Assembly (NCBI GenBank): GCA_964486045.1
Contig: CAZALK010000009.1
Location: 32,001 to 96,000, forward strand
Origin: an uncultured archaeon
GTDB taxonomy: Archaea > Asgardarchaeota > Lokiarchaeia > Sigyniarchaeales > SOKP01
DNA length: 64,000 nt
Direction: 5' to 3'
The notes beneath the pieces are model-generated. The model was not told the DNA's origin. It was given only the letters and a program-made list of their open reading frames with translations, and made no database searches. Both the position numbers and the translations under genes were made by a program. Below are positions 20,571 through 30,844 of this stretch, in pieces (the first letter of the stretch is position 1; every line of letters begins with the position of its first letter).

Positions 20571-20800
20571 TGATTTGATTAAAACTGGAATAATCTTATA
20601 ATATAGATTTATAAATTTCTAATCCTTATACTTTTAATAATATTGTGAACCAAAATTCAAATCATTTTATCCATCACTTTTAATGGAAAATTCTCTCAGC
20701 AAGATACGCTATCTGAGTCTTATGATAAATTTAATAATCAGCTTAACATTTCATTTTATAATTGTTATAAAAACCAATTAGATATTAAAGAGGAATATGT

Positions 20801-21715
20801 ATGCAATTTGGAGCACAGTTAGTTAATTATTTTACCACATGGGAAGAATCGCTTCCAACGATTAAGTTTATAGAAGCAGGTCCTTGGTACAGTCTCTGGT
20901 TCTCAGATCATTTCCTACCACCAGTTCCAGGGGCAGGTCTGGAATCTGGAGCCTCTTTGGAAAGCTGGTCTATGATCACCGCTACCGCTGCTGTCACAGA
21001 GCGATTACGATTGGGTGTACTTGTCACAGGCAATACTTATCGTAATCCGGCACTACTTGCTAAAATGGCTTCCACTGTAGACCAAATCTCTAATGGTCGA
21101 TTTATTCTTGGTATTGGTGCGGCTTGGTTTCAACAGGAACATGAAGCTTTTGGTTGGGAGTTTCCGAGCATCAAGGAAAGATGTGATCGTCTAGAGGAGG
21201 CAGTTGAGTTGATCAAGATATTATTTACAGCAGAAGGACCTATTGACTACAACGGGCTTTATTACAAGCTTGATAAAGCTTATTTTTCCCCAGCCTGCAC
21301 ACAGAAACCGCACCTTCCAATTATGGTTGGTGGAAATGGGGAGAAAAGGACATTACGCACTCTCGTCAGATTCGGTGACATTGCGAATATTGATTTTGGT
21401 CACCCTGGATCTCCCGAAATATTTAAGCATAAAATGGAAGTGATTGAGCGTCATTGTGAAGAGTTTGGTCGCGATCCTTCTGAAATCAAAAAAACAATGG
21501 TGATTCCTTTACGAATTGAAAACGATGAGAAGAAAGCCGCCCAACTCCGTAAAAGTCGAGGTGAATGGGTATTATATGGTACGATACCATTTATAATTGA
21601 CCGAGTTCAGCAATATATCGATGCTGGTGCTGAGGAAATCATATTTGGTGGCGTACCATCCAAACCAAAACTGTTCGAGCAAATTCAAGAAGAGATTCTA
21701 TCTGCTTTCAGCTGA
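20801..21715 (+). CDS. LLM-class flavin/F420-dependent oxidoreductase, copy 2
   Basis: Same length (304 aa) and motifs as 19504..20418. Confidence 0.9.
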   Translation: MQFGAQLVNYFTTWEESLPTIKFIEAGPWYSLWFSDHFLPPVPGAGLESGASLESWSMITATAAVTERLRLGVLVTGNTYRNPALLAKMASTVDQISNGRFILGIGAAWFQQEHEAFGWEFPSIKERCDRLEEAVELIKILFTAEGPIDYNGLYYKLDKAYFSPACTQKPHLPIMVGGNGEKRTLRTLVRFGDIANIDFGHPGSPEIFKHKMEVIERHCEEFGRDPSEIKKTMVIPLRIENDEKKAAQLRKSRGEWVLYGTIPFIIDRVQQYIDAGAEEIIFGGVPSKPKLFEQIQEEILSAFS

Positions 21716-21805
21716 CCTTCTTAACCAACAGACGTAATCTCAATTATATCTGTTAAAAGAAAAAGTAAGATTTACATTAAAATAAGCCTTTTACATTTTT
21801 TTGAT

Positions 21806-21867
21806 CCGACACAGAAGAGCTTTTGTCGAGACTGAAGCTGTTATTTGATCCTTAGGACCATTGTCGG
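21806..21867 (-). ncRNA. Candidate structured RNA element, copy 2
   Basis: Same stems; tetraloop GU-CUCG-AC inside AGCUU/AAGCU. Confidence 0.4.
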
Positions 21868-21977
21868 TGATTAGTTTAATATTCTTATAATATAAATTTA
21901 AAAATTTCAAATCCTTATAGTATATAATAGAAAATTTTTATACCATATCAAAGAATCTAGAAAATAGGTTTCATAAA

Positions 21978-24434
21978 ATGGTGCAGATTGTAGAGAAAAC
22001 AGAAACTCTGTTAGAAAGGGTGTTAACTGTCCAACCAACTCAGAGAGTTGAGAGGCAGAGGCAACGCTATTTAGACCGGAAGCTTGTGTACTCAATTGAT
22101 AGAGATCGTATTGAAGCAAGGGTTATGAAGGAAACAGAAGGCGAACCCATGGTAACCCGCAAAGCGAAGCTCTTTGCAGCCGTAGTAAGGGAGTTGCCGA
22201 TCGACATCTATCCGGATGAACTTATAGTAGGTTGGTATGATCCTGTGCCTAACAACTGCCCGCTTCCTGTGAAGTGCGACCCCATGCTAGAGGCTAATCT
22301 TGATATTATTAGCAGCAGGGACCGCAATCCAATTTTCATTACTGAAGAACAGAAGCGAGAGTTAAGAGAGGAAATTATTCCGTACTGGAGGGGGGAAGGT
22401 AATTGGGAAAAAACACGACGTAGCCCTACTCATTACGACCCAGTTCCTGTTGGTTTTCCTCCTGAATTATGGTATTCTATCCAATCAGGGATGGGATCCT
22501 TCCATGTTGGCCACATTATTACTAATCATGAAAAAGTGCTGAAAAAGGGATTTTTGGGAATAAAGAAGGATGCTGAAGAGAGATTGAGTAGGATCGATCA
22601 AGCCAATCCTGAGGAGGTGAAAAAGATTCCCTTCCTTGAGGGTGTAATTATGGCTATGGAGACAGCAGCCGAGATAGGGAAAAGGTTTGCTGCTAGGGCA
22701 AATGAATTAGCCGAGGAAGAAGTTGATGGCACAAGGAGAGCGGAATTACTCAAAATAGCTGAAATGTGCAATTGGGTGCCAGCAAATCCGGCGAGAACAT
22801 TCTACGAAGCAATACAATCAATCTGGTTTACCCATATTCTCCATTGGTGGGAAACCCGTGATACCGCTTCCATAAGTCCAGGGAGAATTGACCAGCTTCT
22901 GTATCCTTATTTCGAAGCTGATATAAGAGAAGAGAGAATAACCAAAGGAAAGGCTCAGGAACTCATTGATTGCTTCCTTCTAAGGCCTTCATGGTTTCTT
23001 TATAGTGTAAACTCCCTAAATGGATATCTTCTTGTGAATACTGCCGGAATTGCTCAGCATGTTGATGTAGGTGGTCTTAGAGCAGATGGAACTGATGCTA
23101 CTAATGAGCTGTCATACATGATTCTCGAGGGTATGATGCATACCAGGTTAGTAGAGCCTGACCTAGGTGTCTTGGTCCATAGTAGAACGCCTGAAGACCT
23201 CCTAATTAAAGCCTGCCAGCTCTGTGCGCTAGGAACTGGTCATCCAATATTTCTCAATAATGATAATCTCGTGGTTAACCTCCTTGGTCGAGGGAATTTA
23301 GGCGGCGGGCCACCGATAACGCTGGAGATTGCCAGAAAGGCTAGTGCAATGGGGTGCAACGAGCCATCGTTGGTCGGTATGGATTCTGGGTATACAACCT
23401 CAGTCCATTTCCAAAATCTCCCGGGAATCGTAGAAGCGGTGCTGTCTAATGGCCGGAAGGGATTTCCCGGAGGATTATTAGGAGCGCAAACAGGGGATCC
23501 CCGGAAATTCAAATCCTTTGAAGAACTGCAGGAGGCATATAGAAAGCAACTAGCATGGGCGTTTGAAAGGGAGACAATTGGCTCTAACATTGGTGAGAGA
23601 CTAATGGCCGAGTTCGACCCAACTGTTTTCCAATCAGCACTTATAGAGGACTGCATTGAAAAAGGGATATGTAGGGAAGCAGGTGGAGCTCGTTATAATT
23701 TCGGTCCGTTTGTCGGGGGAAATGGGGCTCCTGATGCTGGCGATTCCTTGACCGCCATTAAGAAGCTTGTTTTTGAGGAAAAAAAGATTACTATGGATCA
23801 GCTGTGCGACGCTTTGGAGAAGAATTTTGAAGGTTATGACGACCTACGCCAAATGTTGTTAAATGTACCCAAGTTTGGAAACGACGATGACTATACTGAT
23901 GAACAAACAGTGTGGGTAATGCACACCTTCTGTCAGGAGGCGATAAAGCTTAAAAATACACGTGGTGGTCACAAGATCCCGGTACTCATCCCCCTCAGTA
24001 GCTATGTCAGGGCTGGTCAGGTAGTGGGAGCACTTCCTTCTGGAAGATTAGCCGGAGAACCACTATCAGATTCAATCGCACCCACTCAAGGTAGCGATGT
24101 TAGTGGTCTCACATCGGTTCTCAAGTCCGTAGGTAAGGTCGACCACGCTGAGGTTTTCGCTGGAATAACATTCAACACGAGGCTGGATCCGCTGATTTTC
24201 AAGGATGAATATGGTTTCAAAATGATGTCAGATCTAATAAGAACCTTTGTCGACCAGAAGATACATCAAATCCAGTTTAATATAATTTCCTCAGATACGT
24301 TGAAGGCGGCCCAGAAAGAGCCCGATAAATATAAAGACTTAATGGTGAGGGTAGCTGGGTATGTCGCTCGCTTTGTTGAGCTACCTAAGTCAGTTCAAGA
24401 TACTATCATTGCTCGAACGGTATACGGATTATAG
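21978..24434 (+). CDS. Glycyl radical enzyme (PFL-like family, substrate unknown)
   Basis: SPGRIDQ, Cys loop MGCNEP, PKFGNDDD, glycyl loop VRVAGY. Confidence 0.93.
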   Translation: MVQIVEKTETLLERVLTVQPTQRVERQRQRYLDRKLVYSIDRDRIEARVMKETEGEPMVTRKAKLFAAVVRELPIDIYPDELIVGWYDPVPNNCPLPVKCDPMLEANLDIISSRDRNPIFITEEQKRELREEIIPYWRGEGNWEKTRRSPTHYDPVPVGFPPELWYSIQSGMGSFHVGHIITNHEKVLKKGFLGIKKDAEERLSRIDQANPEEVKKIPFLEGVIMAMETAAEIGKRFAARANELAEEEVDGTRRAELLKIAEMCNWVPANPARTFYEAIQSIWFTHILHWWETRDTASISPGRIDQLLYPYFEADIREERITKGKAQELIDCFLLRPSWFLYSVNSLNGYLLVNTAGIAQHVDVGGLRADGTDATNELSYMILEGMMHTRLVEPDLGVLVHSRTPEDLLIKACQLCALGTGHPIFLNNDNLVVNLLGRGNLGGGPPITLEIARKASAMGCNEPSLVGMDSGYTTSVHFQNLPGIVEAVLSNGRKGFPGGLLGAQTGDPRKFKSFEELQEAYRKQLAWAFERETIGSNIGERLMAEFDPTVFQSALIEDCIEKGICREAGGARYNFGPFVGGNGAPDAGDSLTAIKKLVFEEKKITMDQLCDALEKNFEGYDDLRQMLLNVPKFGNDDDYTDEQTVWVMHTFCQEAIKLKNTRGGHKIPVLIPLSSYVRAGQVVGALPSGRLAGEPLSDSIAPTQGSDVSGLTSVLKSVGKVDHAEVFAGITFNTRLDPLIFKDEYGFKMMSDLIRTFVDQKIHQIQFNIISSDTLKAAQKEPDKYKDLMVRVAGYVARFVELPKSVQDTIIARTVYGL

Positions 24435-24441
24435 ACAACCA

Positions 24442-24492
24442 AGTGCCATGGATATATTACAAGTTGATTATATTCAACTCTAAAGTAGCACT
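24442..24492. terminator. Hairpin between the convergent GRE and VOC genes
   Basis: AGTTGA-ttatat-TCAACT (24462-24479) inside AGTGC/GCACT. Confidence 0.35.
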
Positions 24493-24560
24493 GTACAACT
24501 CTAATATCTAATCCTTTACTTAACAAATAAATCTAAATTGGGTAGTTTTAAATAATGCAG

Positions 24561-25571
24561 CTAGTCCCTTTGAATTAATTTTATCAAGGTGTTACCGTTA
24601 TTTTCACGAGCATCAAAGCAAGCAAAGGCAGGGTCGTTCTCGAGTTTACCACTAAGTACTACGGGCATGCCTCGATATATCATGGTTGCAGCTTCTTTCT
24701 CCAGATCAGTTACTGTAAAGGTCATTTCAGCGACACCTTCGCCCCTACTATCTAGAGATTCCTGATATATTGAAATTCCTTCAAGGGGTTGAATGAATTC
24801 AAAAGCCACTGGACCTACATGACCAATCCTTGCTCTCGTCTTGAAATTTAATTCCATAGTTTCACTAGGCACGTTGATTGGGTCAAGAAGGTTGCTATCA
24901 AGTTCGCTTTCGTTTTGAAAATCGATTATATCTAGGCTCTCGTAGTACTCAACCGCTTTATCAAGATTCCTTACACCAATACCAATTCCTTGGAATTTCC
25001 AATCTTTTAGATTTGGATGCGAACGATTGTGATCTATCCATGCTTTTTCATGCTTGCGTAGAGGAGGTCTGAATGATATGTCCACGTTACCATACTTGCG
25101 AGTGTCAAGGTGATTTTCCATAATAAGATCACCTTGGGTGAAACTCGACATTTCCTCGCAACCTTTTTCCAGCAGTTTGTCTGTCTCTGCGTTGATATCT
25201 GGGACGTTGAAACAAAGGTGGGTAATACCTTCAAATGGGATATCCCTAGATTGCCCAATCTCAAGTAGTAGATCCCCAACTTGGCAATCTTTATCTATAA
25301 ATTTGTATAACTCTTTTCTTTTTCGTTCGGATTCCACCTTAATAGGTTTTCCCGGCCCGGAGCCACCATTTGTCCTTAGAACTTCTTTATTAACGTAGAA
25401 CTTGGGGATTTCATTCTCTTCCCAATATGGGGGGTTCACTTGGTAATCCAAACCCATTACTTGAGGGCCAACGCTCACCCCCATTCTTGTATTTTGATAA
25501 TAATGCAAGCCGTCATTCCAGTCTCTAAAAACGAGACAAACATGATGCAATTCCCAGTCATTTTTCAACAT
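24561..25571 (-). CDS. Tandem VOC/glyoxalase-domain protein (methylmalonyl-CoA epimerase-like)
   Basis: LHHVCLVFRD, EGITHLCFNV; second repeat GIGIGVRNLDKAVEYY, FEFIQP, RGEGV. Confidence 0.75.
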   Translation of the reverse strand: MLKNDWELHHVCLVFRDWNDGLHYYQNTRMGVSVGPQVMGLDYQVNPPYWEENEIPKFYVNKEVLRTNGGSGPGKPIKVESERKRKELYKFIDKDCQVGDLLLEIGQSRDIPFEGITHLCFNVPDINAETDKLLEKGCEEMSSFTQGDLIMENHLDTRKYGNVDISFRPPLRKHEKAWIDHNRSHPNLKDWKFQGIGIGVRNLDKAVEYYESLDIIDFQNESELDSNLLDPINVPSETMELNFKTRARIGHVGPVAFEFIQPLEGISIYQESLDSRGEGVAEMTFTVTDLEKEAATMIYRGMPVVLSGKLENDPAFACFDARENNGNTLIKLIQRD

Positions 25572-25900
25572 TTTATTCTACACCTTTTTTGATCAAATAT
25601 TAATTGTTTAAGCTTTCCTAAAGAATCAAATGAAGAAATTTAAAAAAGGTTTTACTTATGCTTCCAGCTAAATTAATAAAAAAATTGATAAAAAAAACAG
25701 TAAAAAACTTACACAAACATGGATAGCTGGTGAATATTGCTTAGACTAAAATAAAAGCTTTCTTAAAAAAGAAAGAATCGTAAACCAGAAGGATAACTAT
25801 TCATATCGATATTCGAAGTTGTTAAATACAATAAAACTTAATTACATTTAATTTCTAAAAAAACAATTTTTTTGAATATAGAAACTCAAAAGTGAAACAA

Positions 25901-26659
25901 ATGGGAGTATTAGATGGGAAAGTGACTTTAATAACTGGTGGCTCCAGTGGTATTGGTAAATGTATCGCTCTAACATACGCCGAAGCAGGGGCTAATGTTG
26001 TAATTGCTAGTCGTAAACAAGAAAATCTAGATAAAGTTGCTACAAAAATCAAAGCACTTGGTAGAGAATCTCTTGCTATCGCCACTGATGTTCGGAAACC
26101 GGAACAAGTAGATAATATGGTCAAGCAAACAGTAGATCATTTTGGACAGCTTGATATAATGGTCAACAACGCAGGCCGTGGGATACCGACTCAACCACTA
26201 GAAATTTCGATTGAAGAATGGAATCATGTCATTGCTCTCAATCTTACTGGCGTTTTTCTTGGCTGTATCGCTGCTGGTAAGGTAATGATTGAACAGAAAC
26301 AGGGAAAGATTATCAATATTGCTTCAACAGCTGGAGTTAAAGGTGATCCAGGAATGATTCATTATTCAGTAGCAAAAGCAGGTGTTATCATGGTAACCAA
26401 TACTTTAGCTGCTTCATGGGCTGAACATAACATTAATGTGAATTGTATTGCTCCTGGTTTGACGGCTACCGAAGGAGTAATAAAGTGGGGAATTTTACCT
26501 CCTGATAAAAATGAAGATGGTACACCAATACCTCGATTATTACGTCCTCCGGTTCCCAAAAATATCGCAGATTTGGCTTTATTTCTTGCTTCATCAGCAT
26601 CAGATCAAATAACCGGTGAACTACTAATTATAAGAGGTCATTTTCCTTGGGACCGTTAA
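25901..26659 (+). CDS. Short-chain dehydrogenase/reductase (FabG-like)
   Basis: TGGSSGIG, NNAG, YSVAK, NCIAPG. Confidence 0.92.
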   Translation: MGVLDGKVTLITGGSSGIGKCIALTYAEAGANVVIASRKQENLDKVATKIKALGRESLAIATDVRKPEQVDNMVKQTVDHFGQLDIMVNNAGRGIPTQPLEISIEEWNHVIALNLTGVFLGCIAAGKVMIEQKQGKIINIASTAGVKGDPGMIHYSVAKAGVIMVTNTLAASWAEHNINVNCIAPGLTATEGVIKWGILPPDKNEDGTPIPRLLRPPVPKNIADLALFLASSASDQITGELLIIRGHFPWDR

Positions 26660-26746
26660 CCTCAATGTATTTTCATTCCCATTCGTTTTTGTTTAGTTTT
26701 TTCATGAAATTTTTATGAAATTACAAAAATAAAGGATGTGTAAAAA

Positions 26747-27544
26747 ATGGATTATAAATATATAATTGTTGAAAAAAAAGACCATATTACAATTGTTCGC
26801 CTGAATAGGCCAGAAGTAAGGAATGCAATTAACCCATATGTAAGCATCGAGTTAGAAGATGCTTTTGATGAGTTTGAAAATGATTCAAATGCGTGGGTTG
26901 CCATCGTAACAGGAGTAGGTGATAAAGCCTTTTCTGCAGGATTTGATTTAAAATGGGGTGCTACTGCGAGTCTCGAAGAACAGAGAGAAGCTTTTGGTAA
27001 ACTTAAATTCAAAGCTGTTACTGGAGGTTTAACCTTTAATCCAAATATTACAAAACCAGTTATCGCTGCTGTAAATGGTTTTGCCTTTGGTGGAGGATTC
27101 GAACTTGCATTAGGCTGTGATCTTATCATTGCCGCTGAACATGCTACTTTTTCATTGCCTGAACCACTAGTAGGGCGTGTTCCTACTGAAGGAGGTGTTC
27201 ATAGATTATCAAGACAAATTCCTTATCACCTGGCAATGGAAATTCTCTTTACGTATAAACGTATTTCGGCTCAAGAAGGAGTAAAATATGGTTTTGTAAA
27301 TAAAGTTGTTCCATTAGACCAATTAATGGCTGAAGCAGAGAAAATGGCACATGTTATCATGGGAGGCTCACCATTAGCTATTCGAGCAATAAAACAAATG
27401 GCAAATGATGGACTGGAAATGACATTGAGAAAAGCTTATTCTACTACCTTCCCTATATACCGAGAATTTACTCGGTCTCAAGATTTCATTGAAGGTCCAA
27501 GAGCTTTTTCAGAAAAAAGAAAACCTGTTTGGAAAGGTGGTTAA
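26747..27544 (+). CDS. Enoyl-CoA hydratase (crotonase, CaiD-like)
   Basis: AFSAGFDL, GGGFELALGCD, LPEPLVG (both catalytic Glu present). Confidence 0.92.
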   Translation: MDYKYIIVEKKDHITIVRLNRPEVRNAINPYVSIELEDAFDEFENDSNAWVAIVTGVGDKAFSAGFDLKWGATASLEEQREAFGKLKFKAVTGGLTFNPNITKPVIAAVNGFAFGGGFELALGCDLIIAAEHATFSLPEPLVGRVPTEGGVHRLSRQIPYHLAMEILFTYKRISAQEGVKYGFVNKVVPLDQLMAEAEKMAHVIMGGSPLAIRAIKQMANDGLEMTLRKAYSTTFPIYREFTRSQDFIEGPRAFSEKRKPVWKGG

Positions 27545-27580
27545 ATTAAATAGAAATTAATAATATGGAATTGAAATATT

Positions 27581-28372
27581 ATGGAGTATAAACATATATT
27601 TGTAGAAAAAAAAGAACATATTACAATTATTACCCTGAATCGACCCGAAGTATTGAACGCGCTTCATCCTTATATACAATTAGAACTTGGTCATGCATTA
27701 AACGAGTTTGAGGATGAACCTAATGCGTGGGTTGCTATTTTAACAGGAGTCGGGGAAAAAGCATTTTCTGCTGGTGCCGACTTAAAATGGGCTGCTTCAA
27801 CTAGCGCTGAAGAACAGAGAGAAGCTTATGAAAAAGTCAGAAGTCAATCAGCTTATCTAATAAGAAATTTCAGAATCACCAAACCATTAATCGCTGCAAT
27901 AAACGGTCTTGCATTTGGGGGAGGTTTTGAACTTGCTTTAAGCTGTGATCTTATGATTGCTGCTGAACATGCTACTTTTTGCCTACCCGAACCTGTAGTG
28001 GGGAGAATTCCTTCAGGAGGGGGAATTCATCGACTAGTGAGATATCTCCCATACCACTTAGCTATGGATATTCTCCTTACACGTAAACGTATGACTGCTC
28101 AAGAAGGAGTTGAATATGGCTTTGTGAAAAAAGTAGTTCCATTCGATCATTTATTGGAAGAAACAGAAAAAGTAGCTAATCTGATAATGGAAGGATCACC
28201 TCTAGCTATTCGAACAATTAAACAAATGGCAATTGATGGGCTTCAAATGACGTTAAAAGACGCACTTTTTGCGAATTTTCCCCTATTCACAAAATTTCTC
28301 CAATCTCATGATTTTAGAGAAGGTCCAAAAGCGTTTAGTGAAAAAAGAAAACCGGTTTGGAAAGGTATTTAA
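27581..28372 (+). CDS. Enoyl-CoA hydratase (tandem paralog)
   Basis: AFSAGADL, GGGFELALSCD, LPEPVVG; closely similar to 26747..27544. Confidence 0.92.
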   Translation: MEYKHIFVEKKEHITIITLNRPEVLNALHPYIQLELGHALNEFEDEPNAWVAILTGVGEKAFSAGADLKWAASTSAEEQREAYEKVRSQSAYLIRNFRITKPLIAAINGLAFGGGFELALSCDLMIAAEHATFCLPEPVVGRIPSGGGIHRLVRYLPYHLAMDILLTRKRMTAQEGVEYGFVKKVVPFDHLLEETEKVANLIMEGSPLAIRTIKQMAIDGLQMTLKDALFANFPLFTKFLQSHDFREGPKAFSEKRKPVWKGI

Positions 28373-28399
28373 ACTTAAAAATATAAGAGTGAAATTATT

Positions 28400-29581
28400 A
28401 TGACTATATCAAAACGAGAACGAGTTATCCGGTTTTTAGAGCTGGATGATGAACCTGACAAATGCCCAATCTTTACTTTTGGCTTTGAAACATCAGGTTG
28501 GGGGATGGCCCAGTACTATGCCTCCGAAGAATATAAAAAAGTCTTAGTGGAACAAGAAGATATAAATTTTGGTCCAGAAAGATTTCGGAGAAGAATTGCA
28601 TGGTTAATTACTCAGATGAAATTTTGGCACGCTGATTTAGTTTTGAGTGACCCCTTTAAAAAGTTTAAAAGGAATATTTATCCTATGCCCGATGACTACC
28701 CTAACGCAGAAAATCATAATTGGAATTGCATTAGTGGAAGAATTATGAGTGTTGGAAAAAATCCCAAAACGGGAAGATCTCATGAATGGTATGTAGATGG
28801 GTTTTTTAAAACTAAAGAGAAACTTCATGAGGTTTGGGATGAATATGGGAAACCAATTGATCGTATTACTGAAGGAGGATTTTCTCCAAAATTATGGCAA
28901 GAGTACGTTGATGGTCTAAGCCCATATGTGTACCCTATGGCAAATCTTAGTATGACTATGTCAGAATATTTATGTGAAGGCCACACTCACGGTTATGCAA
29001 TGAAATTAATGCGTAAAGATCCCCAACATATGCATTATGTCATGAATGAATACACTAAAGCTATGGAAGAAACTATAAAGAAGTTAGCTGAAGCGGGAGT
29101 TGATATAGTTTTTTTCCTAGATGATTTAGGTTATAAAGGTCGAGGTATTTTTTCACCGAAAAATTTTAAGGAATTTGTTCTTCCTTATTACAAACGTCTT
29201 TATCAAGCCGCTCGAAAGAGGGGGATGTTTATGATTCAACATAGTTGCGGATACTTGCATGATTATCTTCCTCTTATGGCAGATGCGGGTTTGAATTGTA
29301 TTCAAGCAGTACAACCAACCGCAGAAAATGATTTAGCTTATTTAGTTGAGACTTTAGGTGACAAACTTGCGTTTATGGGCTGTCTTGATGATACCCGTGT
29401 TTTAAAATTCGGCACGCCAAAGGATGTTGAAGAAGATGTTAAAAAGTTTATTCGGATTGCTGGACCAACTGGAAATTTCTGCCCTGGACCAACAAATACG
29501 GTATTAGATCCTCCCTGGGAGAATGTACTTGCTACAATTACCGCTTTAGAGAAGTATCGGAGCTATCCTTTAAAGGTTTAA
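28400..29581 (+). CDS. Uroporphyrinogen decarboxylase / MtaA-CmuA family protein
   Basis: FFLDDLG, FSPKNFKEFVLPYY, QHSCG, GTPKDVEEDVK, PGPTN. Confidence 0.85.
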   Translation: MTISKRERVIRFLELDDEPDKCPIFTFGFETSGWGMAQYYASEEYKKVLVEQEDINFGPERFRRRIAWLITQMKFWHADLVLSDPFKKFKRNIYPMPDDYPNAENHNWNCISGRIMSVGKNPKTGRSHEWYVDGFFKTKEKLHEVWDEYGKPIDRITEGGFSPKLWQEYVDGLSPYVYPMANLSMTMSEYLCEGHTHGYAMKLMRKDPQHMHYVMNEYTKAMEETIKKLAEAGVDIVFFLDDLGYKGRGIFSPKNFKEFVLPYYKRLYQAARKRGMFMIQHSCGYLHDYLPLMADAGLNCIQAVQPTAENDLAYLVETLGDKLAFMGCLDDTRVLKFGTPKDVEEDVKKFIRIAGPTGNFCPGPTNTVLDPPWENVLATITALEKYRSYPLKV

Positions 29582-29673
29582 ATTTTCATGTCTTTTTTAT
29601 TTCTTCATATTTTCTCACTTGATCAATCTTCTTAATGAATTTATTTCAAATAGAAAAACAAAAGAAAAAGAAA

Positions 29674-29802
29674 TATCATCCTAATTGCCTCTTCTTCATC
29701 GATTACTTCATTCCCATCATCGATTTTAGTTGGCAATCACATGCATCCCATCCCTAAAGCAGAAACTTCCCAATCCAATGATCCCATCTTTCTATATTTC
29801 AT
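29674..29802 (-). pseudogene. N-terminal remnant of an aldo/keto reductase with an internal TGA
   Basis: MKYRKMGSLDWEVSALGMGCM*LPTK...IDEEEAIRMI. TGA (29739-29737) replaces the conserved Arg of GCMRLP, and homology ends in T-tracts. Confidence 0.8.
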
Positions 29803-29883
29803 TTGAACTCACTTCTTGAAATTATTTTAATCAGTTAATAATAATAGAGACTAATAATAAAAAAAGGATATAAAAAATTAAAT

Positions 29884-30429
29884 TTACTTTTTTTGAGCTA
29901 AAAAGGTACACATTTTATCGCTTGGGATTTCTTGAGTTTGACTAACCTCAACATCGTCCATCTTAAGAATATCAAAAATTGTTTTCCAGGCGGTTAAACA
30001 TCCTTCTTTACATGGTAATGAGTTTAATTCTTCGTCGGATAGCGTTTCTTTTAGCTTATTGTGGACAGTGCAAGTTCCCTCTACAATCGAAAAGCTCAAT
30101 TCTTTATTGTATGCAGTTTGGATTAACACAACACTCATTAAATGTATTGATAGGCACGCAATTTCTATAAATCTTTGAGCTTCATGTGGGAATTTTACCT
30201 CGCCTGTTTTTTCAGCAACCATTTGAACCATTTCATAAAGATGATCCATATTTTCTGGTTTAACACCAAGTTCAAAAGTTTTTTCCATTAGCCCCTTTCC
30301 CCATTCCTTAAAAACCGAATCATCTTTAGATTCGAGATATTTCTCAGCAATCTTTGCACCCCCAAATTGATCTTCAATTGATTTAAATAGCTCTTCAGAG
30401 ATGTTATAATTAAATTTTGGTTGCATCAT
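29884..30429 (-). CDS. Hypothetical protein with a Cys-containing, V4R-like C-terminal half
   Basis: CTVH...LPCKEGC...CTF; ATGA overlap with the upstream ferredoxin. Confidence 0.7.
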   Translation of the reverse strand: MMQPKFNYNISEELFKSIEDQFGGAKIAEKYLESKDDSVFKEWGKGLMEKTFELGVKPENMDHLYEMVQMVAEKTGEVKFPHEAQRFIEIACLSIHLMSVVLIQTAYNKELSFSIVEGTCTVHNKLKETLSDEELNSLPCKEGCLTAWKTIFDILKMDDVEVSQTQEIPSDKMCTFLAQKK

Positions 30430-30833
30430 ATTTTTTTCAACCCCTTAAATGTTGAATCCAATTTTTCAATTATTTTTTGATTTTCCATTGCAACTTCCAT
30501 TGATTCGAATGGGTGTTTATGTGGATGTTCTCCCTCCTTTATTTCAGGAGTTTTAATTTCTATAGTTATGGCGTCCTCAGGGCAATTCTCTGTGCATTCC
30601 ATACAACCAGTGCATTTTGGGGCGGCGGATCCTGCTACTAGATAATGTTTAGGACTATTAGGATCTGGTTTCATATAAGCACCTGAAACATTCGGGTATG
30701 AATGGACATGAAAAACTCCTTGAGGACATTTTGTGAAGCATTTGTGGCTGCATATCATAGGTAGTTGACATTTTTCTCTATCTATTCTAACTCTAATACT
30801 GGGAATATCTAAATTTTTTATTTGTATTGCCAT
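30426..30833 (-). CDS. 4Fe-4S ferredoxin-like protein
   Basis: CQLPMICSHKCFTKCP and CTGCMECTENCP; ATG 30833 follows AGGGGG. Confidence 0.85.
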   Translation of the reverse strand: MAIQIKNLDIPSIRVRIDREKCQLPMICSHKCFTKCPQGVFHVHSYPNVSGAYMKPDPNSPKHYLVAGSAAPKCTGCMECTENCPEDAITIEIKTPEIKEGEHPHKHPFESMEVAMENQKIIEKLDSTFKGLKKI

Positions 30834-30844
30834 ATAATTACCCC

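Larger units (their letters stand above)
19430..21920 (+). repeat. Tandem duplication with a 1297-bp period (promoter + LLM gene + 3' element)
   Basis: Upstream region, CDS and the 157-nt 3' block align at a constant 1297-bp offset. Confidence 0.9.

Noticed and set aside
29737-29739. TGA recoding in the aldo/keto reductase
   Set aside because: The gene is truncated about 20 codons later and the TGA replaces a conserved Arg, so it is a plain pseudogene.
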